From positions 36,828,001 to 36,892,000 of the forward strand of contig NC_042997.1 of the NCBI RefSeq assembly GCF_006345805.1: a DNA stretch of 64,000 bases. The letters run 5' to 3'. A program made the position numbers and the translations under genes. Shown piece by piece: positions 1-11,435 of this stretch (its first letter is position 1; every line of letters starts with the position of its first letter). A model generated the notes under the pieces. That model had not been told where the DNA came from, did no database searches, and was given only the letters and a program-made list of their open reading frames with translations. Source of the DNA: Octopus sinensis. Taxonomy: Eukaryota.

Positions 1-1104
1 TTAACTCAATCTGGAACCAGTAGTGACGGAAGGAAAGCATATTTAAGTGTTCATGTTAAATTGCTGGAGATGTTTGACAATAATGAAATCAGCAAATATT
101 ATTTTTTTAAATCTGTTTGCAAGCCTATCAGATAAGATTTAATATTCCGCTGCCCAAAGAATAAGGATCTTTGCTTGAATCGTATCCTAGTGTCTCTGGG
201 TGCGACAGAAATTGCTCGGCAGATAGGTTACGTGTTTGCAATCATATTCTTATCTAGCAGCTGCATTTGGAAGTTGGAATCTGTTTGGTATAATGTGAAT
301 AACAAAAACATAGTGCCCCATAGATCAACTGTTTGACATTTGTAGCTACTTAAGACTGTGGTTCAATATTTCCATTCCCTTCGATGCTAACATCTATTTC
401 GCTACTTCGGTAAGAAAATTCTAGAATATAGTTTCGGCAATTATGCACAGCTGCATACGGAATGGCACTTGCAAAGCAGCATTCACATACAGAACTCAAC
501 AATAGATTTATATACATACTTATATATACAAGCTACTTATCACCAGCTCAACAAGGATAACAATACAAGTGAACCACCTGAAACAAGTGATGCTGTGTCA
601 ATATTCACACGACTTCAGAAGTGCCAGCAATTATTCTCTCTCTGTAATAAATACGCCTCCATATACTGAACAATATATGCTCAATACATACCTCTTGCCT
701 ATCTCTCACCAGAATGTCTCTTTATTCCTTCTCTCAGTATTTGAATCTGCTAGCATTCATTTTTCAATACTTTCCCTCTTCTCACCATGCTGTACCACTT
801 AATTATTTTTTGGGTCCTGGATTTACCTAAAGAAGACTCGATCTTACTGGATTTAATTACACTTTCCGACCCTCCTCGACATAATAAGCAAAAATAAATA
901 TCACTGATGAGAAACATTCTTCCTCTGTCTCACCTAGACGGAATATCCAACATACTGGGTCTTCGCTAGATACGATGTTCCAAAATCAGGGTTATCACTG
1001 AAGCAGCTGTCAAAGACTATATTTATTATTTTGCAAAAATTAATCTCCCTACCCTATATTGCCTAACTGCCTAACTGCTTAGATTTCCTCGCTACTTTAG
1101 GCTA

Positions 1105-1136
1105 TATACATATATACATACATATACATACATACA

Positions 1137-1225
<89 letters not shown>
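1105..1225. repeat. (TA)n/(TACA)n microsatellite
   Basis: Direct reading; one of many TA/CA tracts in the window that generate the spurious YI/TH-repeat ORFs in the track. Confidence 0.95.
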
Positions 1226-1227
<2 letters not shown>

Positions 1228-1228
1228 C

Positions 1229-1545
1229 GGCACTCAGTCAGTTACAACAAAGAGGGTTCCAGTTGATCCGATCAACGGAGCACCCTGCACGAGTGACGTT
1301 AACGCTTTTCTCGGGGAGATTCAGCGTGACACAGAATTTGACAAGGCTGGCATTTTGAAGTACAGATACAACAGAAACAAGAAAAAAGAGTGAGAGGAAG
1401 TTGTGATGAGAGAGTATAACAGGGTTCGTCACCAACCCCTGCTGAAGCATTGTGGTGTTTTAAGTGCTTTCATTTAATAAACATACACAACGCCCGGTTT
1501 GGGGGTCGAAAACGCGAGTCCGCTGCCCTAACCACTGGACAATTA
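1229..1545 (-). mobile_element. Degenerate tRNA-Arg-head SINE (octopus OR-like family), internally deleted
   Basis: Colinear with the copy at 37582-37961 (shared cacaacgcccggt, cgagtccgctgccctaaccactgg, tcagcgtgacacaga, gagggttcc.gttgatccg). Confidence 0.8.
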
Positions 1546-1995
1546 CACTTCTCTCTCTCTCTCTAACTACACACAGACACACACCTATATATATCTGTAT
1601 ACACACACATACACACACACACACACATGCACACACACATATATATATATATATGTATATTTACATATACTTGTAATATAGGATAACATTTTTTTTGCAA
1701 AAACATTCCATCAAAGTGGCCATCATATTCAAATACCTTTAAAAGTTAAAATTATAACCAATTATAAGCAAGGACAAAAGAAAGAATGATTTCTATGTCA
1801 ATATTCTGAGAATATATTTGAATCGTCAATCACCACATTACAATATACATTCACTATCAATACACCTCGTGCTGAAATCGAGGAAGGCAAGTTAAGAGAC
1901 TTTTTTTTAAATTCTTTATCTCTCTATGTATGTATATATGAATGTATGTATATATGTATGTATGTTTGTATATACTTTACTATAATTTACAAGCA

Positions 1996-2399
1996 TAGCT
2001 GAAGTGGCTGTGTGGTAAGTAGCTCGATTACCAACCACATGGTTCCGGGTTCAGTCCCACTGCGTGGCATCTTGGGCAAGTGTCTTCTGCTATAGCCTCG
2101 GGCCGACCAATGCCTTGTGAATAGATTTGGTAGACGGAAACTGAAAGAAGCCTGTGGTATATATGTACATATATATATGTATGTGTGTGTATAAGTTTGT
2201 GTGTCTGTGTTTGTCCCACCACCATCGCTTGACAACCGATGCTGGTGTGTTTACTTACCCGTCACTTAGCGGTTCGGCAAAAAGAGACCGATAGAATAAG
2301 TACTGGGCTTACAAAGAATAAAACCCGGGGTCGATTTGCTCGACTAAAGGTGGTGCTCCAGCATGGCCGCAGTCACAGGACTGAAACAAGTAAAAGAGT
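1996..2399 (+). mobile_element. tRNA-derived SINE with CORE-like domain (family A)
   Basis: A-box-like gtggctgtgtggtaag, B-box-like ggttccgggttcagtccc, cttgggcaagtgtctt core, internal TA/TG tract, tail gaaacaagtaaaagag; same sequence at 9599, 42655 and 47603. Confidence 0.85.
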
Positions 2400-3257
2400 A
2401 TAGCTATGTAATATAACTAGAATGTTTTCTTGATGTAAATGGAAGGGCGTTGTTTCTGCATTAAAATTTGGAATTTTATCTACCGTGAAAAAATTCAGCA
2501 TATAAGGAAGAAAAAATGCGCATACATACGTAATCACACGCACACCAGTAATGTAAAGTAGGACAGATATTTGTTTACGTTTGCTGTCACTACCCTCCCT
2601 AATAACGTTTCTTGGCATTTTTACTCGCATTGGGAGGTGACATATAAAGAATTATCATACATATAATCACATAGATATATATTGACAGTAAACAATTATT
2701 TTCAGTTATTTTGAATATGATTAAATAATAATATGGCTGGAAATAGTAAATGTGAGGTTCGAAAATTAGTTGGCCTTATAAAATACAATAAAATAAAATA
2801 AAATACCTATCATTTCTTATTCACGAAAAAAATTCATATTTATAGAAAGCGAAATTATACCGGGACCTCAAAGAGCATTTCAAATATCTGCCCATAATGT
2901 AACTTATAATTATTTCATAAAAAACCTGTGAGATCAAAGACTCGACAGACTGAAATGTGATATTACAACCTGAAGGAACGAAATGCATTCATTGTGTTAA
3001 TAAAATAGGAAAGTATCCAAAGGTATATGTATATGATCACATAGATATTTTCAAATTTGTCTTTCATTTTGTGTTTCTATGTGCGTTTGTGAGTAAATAT
3101 ATATTTCAGTATACATATACATATAAGTATATATATATGTGTGCGTGTGTATCTGTATGTGTGTGTGTGTATATATGTACATATATATATATATGCATGT
3201 GTGTGTGTGCATACACACTCGCATACACAAACACGCGCAGAACACACACACGCACAC

Positions 3258-4520
3258 ACCCTGAGATGCCTTCACTTGCTCTACTGAACTTACTTCTAAA
3301 TATCTGGACCTCAACTTTCTTCCTTTCATTGCTTCCCTCCCGTTTGACATCTATGATACCACTTACGCCATTTGCGTATTTAATTCCTTTTACCTCCACT
3401 CCCGGCTCCTTCCCTTCCTCTGTACCACGGTTGTTAAATCCCTCTACGCCCTCTTCCCCCAAAATGACAGTCTCCTGTCCCTCCAATACTTCCTCAGAAT
3501 TGCACCGTCCTTGAAGTCAGGGCATCTACACTTCTCTGTATCACTGAACCAGTTCTCGCCTATGACTGATTCCCGTTGACGGGCGCGGTTCACAACCCAC
3601 CCTGTCCTTCTCTAACCACCACTCCCCTATTTTTTATGCACCCAAAACCTACTGATTCCTAGCCTCTTACCCTTCTCCGCTCTCACTCATCACATATCTT
3701 TTGTTGCTCTTGAACTCGATGCCACACCTGTCCATTTATCACCAACAGAGTTTCGCTCGCAGGTACAAACCAACACACTGTTCACATCCGATGACTTTTA
3801 TCATGTATCTCATCTAACATCCGCGGTGATAGGCCCCACATGCTGTGACACCATTTCCAGCGGCAACTTGGTGTCGTCACCTACCAGCCAAGGCTCCACT
3901 ACTTGTCAGGCTGATAAAAACAAGCTGTCAAATGAGTGGCTCTCCGACAGTTTTTATGTTCGAGTCTATGGCACAGGGGACATACGACGTTCCTCGAACA
4001 CGGACTGTACCTCTACTAACATTTCACAGGGCGAAAATAGCTCTCTGCAAGTGCGAGCCCCGTCAGTCAGAGTAGCTGTTCCCGTGCAACTCCCTCGCTA
4101 TCATCCGGGACAGCGTCTTTTCCATATAGTCTGCTGGTACCACAAGAAATGTTTCTATATTGTGAGAGGCAAGAATCTCTGTTATTCTGCTACTAATACT
4201 GACTTACTGCCTTAAATGTACTCTTTGCTGATCTGTAGAAGTCGGGTACACTGGGCACTACTGAACGTTTTGGAGATATCCACCTCAGAAAAGTATCTCG
4301 GCTACCCACACCTTTTGCTCGATTAACCACTACACAGAATACCTGACGGTGTCCTCCCTGTCCTTACACAATGACGATTCCGGCAGCAGACTTTGCAAGG
4401 AGCAACGATACATCTCTTTACGAACTCATATGCCGATTGGACTTAACACAGCCACTTCCTTCTTTGAAGAGCCTCTGACTTCATCTCTCTCAGCAATCTC
4501 AATCCACTTTCCTCTGATTT
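3258..4520 (+). mobile_element. Heavily decayed Penelope-like element (RT to GIY-YIG)
   Basis: Hand translation gives SKYLDLNFLPFIASLPFDIYDTTYAI..VVKSLY (homologous to ASLPSHIHDTNHAL..MDIQSLY at 7649-7969), a FPCN-like linker near 4075 and RTHMPIGLN near 4420; many frameshifts. Confidence 0.7.
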
Positions 4521-4934
4521 CCTGTTCCTTTACTCTCCACTTGTCTTCTACATAGTCATATACATAACTTTCACTTTCACCTAAGACAAACACGCGCGCG
4601 CACACAGCATAGCACACACACACACACACACGTTTAAAGATAATCATAAGCACATACAAAAAACACGTCAGAAACACCTCTACACTCATACGCACGCACA
4701 CACATACACACAGAGAAAAGCACACACACGCAAACGTTTATAACCACAGAAACGTACATAGACAGACACAAAATCACATGCCTACAAACACGGTAGCCCA
4801 CATGCTTTCACAGACACAACAGAGCCCCATCCCCCACCTCATATTGTACTACTGCTACTAACACAAACAAACATAAATACATATACTAATATCTTACGTA
4901 GCACCCCCTATTATACAAACCATATATTCACAAG

Positions 4935-5458
4935 AATGAATTTCGCTGCAGCCGTCGGCGGGCGCGAATTCTTTAAAATTAAAATGGAAGAAATACAAAC
5001 CTATTTCGGATTGATCACCGACAAAGTCGAAGAATATAGGATAACACCACCAAACGAAATAAAAATTTAATTAAAGAAAACACTATTGTCTACAAAGTAT
5101 ACAATGTAGAGAAAAAAAAGATTTGAACACCTGGAGGAAAGCACCATCGAAAAGTGTCTTGGTGCGACTATGAAAGATATCAAGTATCTAACCAGAGGCG
5201 GTGAATTCGTCACAATAGAAGCAAGGTTCGAGCCAACGGAGCGTGCAAGGGAGTACTCGACTCGAACCTTGCAAAGTGGAAATATTTTCTTTTTACCTAT
5301 ATATCTGGGACGTAGGACGTCCCGGATAAACATTTAAAATATCCCCCCAGAATTAGAGGCAGGCTGGATTGTAGCCACACTTCTATACAAGAGGGAGGAC
5401 AAGATACAATTGATCAAAATTGCAAGAGACGGGCCTACAATTCCAGTCTGTTATATAT
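4935..5458 (+). pseudogene. Probable L1/Tx1-type LINE ORF1 5' fragment
   Basis: Reading through stops: MNFAAAVGGR...FLPIYLGRRTSRINI*NIPPELEAGWIVATLL, resembling the RRM-type ORF1 of L1/Tx1-like LINEs; resemblance from memory only. Confidence 0.4.
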
Positions 5459-5631
5459 TTTGAGTATTGTTATCACTAGCGATATCAAGATATAACTTTG
5501 TATTTTGTATTTTATGTGTAGATATATATATATAACGGGAAGCTTTATGAAAATAAACAAAAGACGAAGGCAGGTGGAAAACAAACGAACAATTGTATTA
5601 GTTTGGCGCTCAGGAAATATAAATAAAACAA

Positions 5632-5671
5632 GTCTTTAACGTTTCGAGCCTACGCTCTTCAACAGAAAGAT
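5632..5671 (-). ncRNA. Minimal type I hammerhead-like motif, A6U core variant
   Basis: TCTTT-CTGTTGA-A-GAGC(GTAG)GCTC-GAAA-CGT-T-AAAGA; stems I and II pair, stem III is the palindrome ACGT. Confidence 0.6.
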
Positions 5672-5842
5672 ACACAGAGAGAGAAAAACACAGAAAGAAG
5701 GAGAGAAAAAAAATGCGTGCAGTAGCTAACGAATCAACATGGCGATCTGATTTCGGCCAGAGGTCAAAGATCAAACATGAGACGCGAGAGCGAAATAAGG
5801 GGAGATAATAGGGTTGATAAACGGGTGAGGGACCAGCTAAAA

Positions 5843-6190
5843 GTGCGTGGGAGGGGTCTGGATGTGTGTATGTATAGGGTTGGTGTATGTATTAGTATGT
5901 ATAAGGGTGTGTGTGTGTGTGTGTGTATGAGAGAGTATTAGTGCGTAAGATTGGTCTGGACGTGCGTATGTATGGGGTTGGTGTATGTATTAGTATGTAT
6001 TAGTATGTATTAGTACGTATTGGTATGTATAGGTGTGTGTGTGTGTGTGTGAGAGAGTATAAGTGCGTATGCGGGGTCTGGACGTGTGTATGTATAGGGT
6101 TGGTGTAAGTATTAGTATGTGCTAGTATGTATTAGTACGTGTTAGTATGTATTAGTTGGTGTGTGTATTAGTATGGCACATCATATGTGA
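5843..6190. repeat. Three ~100-120 bp diverged tandem units with nested 9-bp (gtattagta) and TG repeats
   Basis: gtctggac/atgtg..tatgtatagggttggtgta recurs at about 5857, 5954 and 6076. Confidence 0.8.
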
Positions 6191-6214
6191 TGTGATGTGT
6201 AAAGTCATGTGTGT

Positions 6215-6540
6215 AGTGAGGAGAAGAGGGGGAGGGGGAGAAGAAGGGGAGGGGAGAGAAGGGGAGGGGAAGAAGAGGGGGAGGAGAAGGGGGGAGAGGA
6301 GAGGATGGGGGAGAAGGAAGGGTGAGGGGGATGAAGAGGAAAGAGGGAGACGGGGAGAGAGGGAGACAGAAGGGGGGAGAGAGGGAGTGAGGGAAGAGGG
6401 AAGGGGAAAGAGGAGGGAGAAAGAGGGAAGAAGGGAAGGGGAGTAGGGGTGAAAGGATGAAGGACTGAAGAAGTAGGGGTCGGGGGGAGAAAGGATAGGT
6501 GAGGATGGGGGTGAGGTTAGATGAGGAGGGGGGGAGAGTT
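6215..6540. repeat. G/A polypurine tract
   Basis: About 320 bp almost purely G and A with many G3-G7 runs. Confidence 0.9.
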
Positions 6541-6586
6541 GAGACCAAATGGCGTATAAGAGCGAAGAGAGAAGATTAATTCCTGT

Positions 6587-8690
6587 TCACGGCGCGCAAC
6601 GGGAATCCGGATGGCCTCTGTGTAAGGACAAACCGAACACAGATAGGTGTTGCAAGGAGTGACCGTTGGAGCGGAAATGGCGTGAGACCGGTGTGTCGCT
6701 CGCAAGGTGGATGTCACGAAGGTGTTCCGCGAACCGGTCAGCCAAGCGGCGTCCCGTTTGTCCGATGTACAAGAATTGCAGAGAGAGCAAGAGATGCAAT
6801 AGATAATATGCTGGAGGTGCAGGTGAAGGAGTGGATGATGGGATAGGGTCGATGGTGGGTGCTAGTGAGGCGGGTGGTGTTGGAGAGGTAAGGGCAAGTG
6901 CGGCAACGTGGGCGGGAGCAGGGGAACGAGCCGGGTTGGGAGGTAGGGTCAGGGAAGGAGCTATGTACCAAAAGGTCTCGAAGGTTGTGGGCTCGTTTGA
7001 AGAGGGGGAGGGGTCGGTTAGGGAAGAGGTGTGAAGTGGACGGGTCGGACTGGAGATGACGGAAAGCTCGAAGAATGGTGCGTTGGAGACGTAGGGTCGT
7101 GGGGTGGTAAGTGAGGGGAAAAGGGAGGCGGGAGACTACAGGGCGGGTTCGGGGAGAGAGAGCAGATACACGGTCCACGGACCGTGCTCTGGCAAGGGCG
7201 GTGTGGATAGTGGTGAGGGGGTATCCACGTAGGGTGAAGTGGTGAGCCATACGTTGAGACTGAGTCTCAAAGTCATGGTCGTCACTACAGAGCCTACGTA
7301 GACGGAGGAATTGGGAATAGGGGATGGAAAGCTTGGTGTGTTCTGGGTGGAGGAAGAGAAGTTGAGGTATGAGTGTGAGTCTGGTGTTTTGTAGTGAATG
7401 GAGGTGGTAAGAGTGGAGTGAAGAATGCTAACCGAAATGTCGAGGAAGGAGACAGAGGTGTTGGAGATAGTGGAAGTGAAGTGGAGGGCTGGATGGAAAG
7501 ATTGGACGAAAGAGAGGAAGGAATCTAGATGTTCGCGGGAGAGTGAGGTTGGCACCGATAATGTCGTCAATATAACGACCATATAGTTCAGGAGTGGGAC
7601 CAGTGAAATTAGAGAATATTTGGGCCTCAACATAGCCAACGAACAGGTTCACATAGTTGGGGCCCATTCGCGTTCCCATGGCCACTCCCGAGACCTGATA
7701 TAGTAGAACTCGCCCGCGAACGAGAAGCAGTTCAGAGTAAGGACAAGTTCGGCCACACGAATGAGTGTGGAGGTGTCAGGTACAGGGTTAGAGCGGAGGT
7801 CAAGAAAGTGTCGAAGGGCCTGCAGTCCTTCGTGGTGAGGGATAACAGTATAGAGGCTTTGGATGTCCATAGTAAAAAGGATTTTGGAGGAGCCGGGAGG
7901 AAAGGAGAAAGAGTTGAAAAGCCGGAGAGCATGGTTGGTATCGTGGATGTGGGAGGGAAGAGATGCCACTAGGGGGGCAAGGACACGGTCGAGGTATTTA
8001 GAGATGAGCTCCGTGGGGCAGTTACAGGCGGAGAGACGATGGGGCGGCCAGGGTTGTTGGGTTTGTGGATTTTGGGGAGGAAGTAAATGGTGGGGGTACG
8101 TGGGGTTCGCACAATTAGGTTGGATGCGGTGCGGGGGAGACGGGAGGACGAGATGAGGTCTTGGACAGTAGAGGATACCGTCTGTTGGTAGCTACGTGTG
8201 GGGTTAGAGGGCAGAGGGGAATAGAAGGGTGTCATTGAGTTGGCGGAAAGCCTCCGCCCTATAGAGGTCCGCGCGCCACACCACTACAGCTCCACCCTTG
8301 TCAGCCGGTTTGATGATAATGTCAGCGCGCCGTTGGAGGGAACGAAGAGCCAAGAGCTCAGCCGGGGAGATGTTGAGGCGGCGTTGGCGCCTGGAGAAGT
8401 TGAACCGCTCCAATGCACGCTGACAAGCGCCCGCGAAAAGATCCACTGCTAGGATCTGGCCAGGGGCAGGCGTCCCTGGGGATGGTCGGCGGCCCAGGCT
8501 AGTGAAGCAGTCGTCCTCTTCGTTGGGTGTGGGTGGCGAGTCGTGGTAATGCGCACCCAACCGGACACGGCGCACAAAGCTGTGGACATCAACTCGCGTC
8601 TGGAATTCCTTGCAGGATGGAGTGAGGGGGATGAAACGCAGACCCCTACCAAGGACGGAGCGTTCAGCCGCAGAGAGGGGAAGATCGGGG
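6587..8690 (-). pseudogene. PLE reverse transcriptase + GIY-YIG endonuclease, frameshifted
   Basis: KPADKGGAVVVW, YFLPKIHKPNNPGRPIVS, FTMDIQSLYTVIP, MAMGTRMGPNY, RYIDDI, Cys linker PGSFPCSRPRCRTC, LYIGQTGRRLADRFAEHL split over at least 7 ORFs in the track. Confidence 0.93.
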
Positions 8691-9345
8691 ATATATATAT
8701 ATATATATATATAGATGTACATGTAATATGTACACATATATATACACATATATACATGCACTAGCACTATGACTCGGCAACGACGGGTCATAATGCTTGT
8801 ATATATATATGTGTGTGTGTGTGTGTATGTGTGTGTGTATTTATGTGTGCGCGTGCTCGTGACACATTGCATAGATAATGTTTATTACACATCTCTCTTT
8901 ATTGTAGCGAATTTGAATTACAGCTGTTCCCATTGTTCATTATATTTTCATTCCTGATAGGTTTATTCTCACAGGAGGAAAGTAGCATTAATAGCCGATT
9001 GTGTAGACGTAGTAATAACAAACACATATTTACTCATGGAAACAACTGTAAGGCAAATTTACTACAATAAAGAAAAATAGGTAATGACCATTCTTTATAG
9101 CTTGTCTTCTATATCTCTCTGTGTAAAAGCCAATATGACTGGAGCACAACCATGGATTTACAATATAGAACAGTGATAAACTATAAAGTCAGACACTGCC
9201 GCAAGATTACACGCACATGTTGACTAATCTAAACTATATTGCTTGCTTTGTGTAGCAACACAGAGCTTATCAAGTATAAGCCCACACTGATAATCCATAA
9301 ATAGACACACACACATACTCACTTACACACACACACACACACACA

Positions 9346-9399
<54 letters not shown>

Positions 9400-9598
9400 C
9401 ATGCAGCCCTACGTCTGTGTAAGTATCTATATTTTTGCAAAGCGCTCATTTGCTTCTGATTCGGTGGTACAAAATAGCAAGTACGACATGCGATCAATAA
9501 AAATGAATACAATAAGGAAACTGCAATGTATCCCAGGCTCCATACGATCGACGAAAAGCAGTCAATGCGTTGCCATAGAATGAACACAGCGTTTTGGT

Positions 9599-10010
9599 AG
9601 CCGAGTGGCTGTGTGGTAAGTAGCTTTCTAACTAACCACCTGGTTCCGGGTTCAGTCCAAGTGCATGGCATCTTGGGCAAGTGTCTTCTGCTATAGCCCC
9701 GGGCCGACCAATGCCTTGTGAGTGGATTTGGTAGACGGAAACTGAAAGAAGCCTGTCGTATATATGTATATATATATATTATAAGTGTGTGTGTATATGT
9801 TTGTGTGTCTGTGTTTGTCTCCCTAGCATTGCTTGACAACCGATCCTGGTGTGTTTACGTCCCCGTAACTTAGCAGTTCGACAAAAGAGACCGATAGAAT
9901 AAGTACTGGGCTTACAAAGAATAAGTCCCGGGGTCGATTTGCTCGACTAAAGGCGGTGCTCCAGCATGGCCGCAGTCAAATGACTGAAACAAGTAAAAGA
10001 ATAAAAGAAT
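9599..10010 (+). mobile_element. tRNA-derived CORE-like SINE (family A)
   Basis: Full-length match to 1996-2399 including the aaaagaataaaagaat tail. Confidence 0.88.
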
Positions 10011-10441
10011 ATATATACAAAATATAAAGTTATATCTTGAGTGATAACAACGCTCAAGATATACAACGGACTAGAAATAGAAGTGCTCCAATGATCTGTA
10101 TACACTTTTTTATTCAAGGGGAGGCAATGCGAGCAACAACCACGGGAACATCACAAAATTCAAAGATAGGCCAAACACATACAAATCTTATATACTAATT
10201 TATATTTAAACAGCCCGACATTTAAAATTGTTTTTTTATTTCAGTAATATCCTATACAAATAAAAATATAAATATAAATATACACTTTGCATATAACACG
10301 CTTAAAACTGTTAGAATAAGAGAAATAAATATAATGATAATAAAATAAAAATATGGCATATCAAAAGACGAACAAAATTCCGGCGAATAGTACATAGAAT
10401 ATAATACATATACAAGTTTACAAAAATATAAGATATACAGA

Positions 10442-10542
10442 AGTCCATCTACGGGCCGTTTCGGGGATGTGCCAATTAATATTAGACATATCAGTACTTA
10501 AAATAGTACTTAAAATTGGCACTCCCCTCATCAGGATGTCCT
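10442..10542 (-). ncRNA. Type I hammerhead ribozyme with long stem II
   Basis: AGGACATC-CTGATGA-GGGG-A-GTGCCAATT...AATTGGCAC-AT-CCCC-GAAA-CGGCCCG-TA-GATGGACT; predicted cut after GUA between 10450 and 10449. Confidence 0.8.
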
Positions 10543-11233
10543 ATACAACACATATAAAACATGAACAACAAACGGTTCGTCATGTCGTCTTTCATGTATG
10601 GAGTAACGGGATCCTACTGCTAGTGTATTTGGAATACCGTAAGTATAGTCCACATAGGTCCTCAGACAATTGCACGTGTGGCCAAAGGGATAGTTGGTAA
10701 ATCTGCAGGGATGTCGCACAACATGGGCTGGTTTCGCTGATTGCCGGCATTTGTCGGATCGGTCATGAATGGACTTGCATTATGTCAAGTTCTTCGGTGT
10801 TCATGGAAATACAGATGGCAGTAGTTATCCTTACGTTGAAGTGAAATATTCTCAGGAGACAGATGCTAACACGATTCCTACCAGTTTCTATCTGCAAAGC
10901 TTGGGGTAGAAACGTCGGGCAGCTTTTCATTCCAAAGACTTTGTGGAACTGGATAATTCAGGAGACCCAGAAAACATTGTCACTTCTTGTGCTATGGATA
11001 TGGACTTTTTTCTTTTCGTTGTTAGGTAATCTTGGTACTGATGGATTGGTGCGACTTTAAGTCACAACTTCAGCAATTTTAAAGAGAGGGGTTTCCTTGA
11101 TAATATCCACCTCCTTTTTTAATGGTATTTTATTTTTATCGACTAAGAATGAATGAAAGGCAAAGTTAAATCAGTCGGATTCTGAACTCAGTACTTAAAG
11201 GCCCTGATGAGCTGGGAATAATAATAAAGATGA

Positions 11234-11348
11234 TGCTGTTGTTGATGATGATGATGATGATGATGATTATGATGATGATGCTAAGGATAATAACGGTGAC
11301 GATGAGGAACCAGAGTAGGAGGACGAAGATTACGACGATGATGATGAC

Positions 11349-11400
<52 letters not shown>

Positions 11401-11435
11401 GTGTGATGATGATGATGGTGATGATGATGATAATA
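11234..11435. repeat. (GAT)n microsatellite, interrupted
   Basis: Direct reading. Confidence 0.95.

Larger units (their letters stand above)
5525..8690 (-). mobile_element. Penelope-like element, Neptune-type, 5'-truncated, with 3' terminal repeat
   Basis: Ordered ORF fragments plus low-complexity 3' UTR and a terminal repeat (5525-5760) also found at 23192 and 31620. Confidence 0.92.

Noticed and set aside
900-920. CTGATGAGAAAC hammerhead-like core
   Set aside because: No stem II between CTGATGA and GAAA and no pairing stem I or III.
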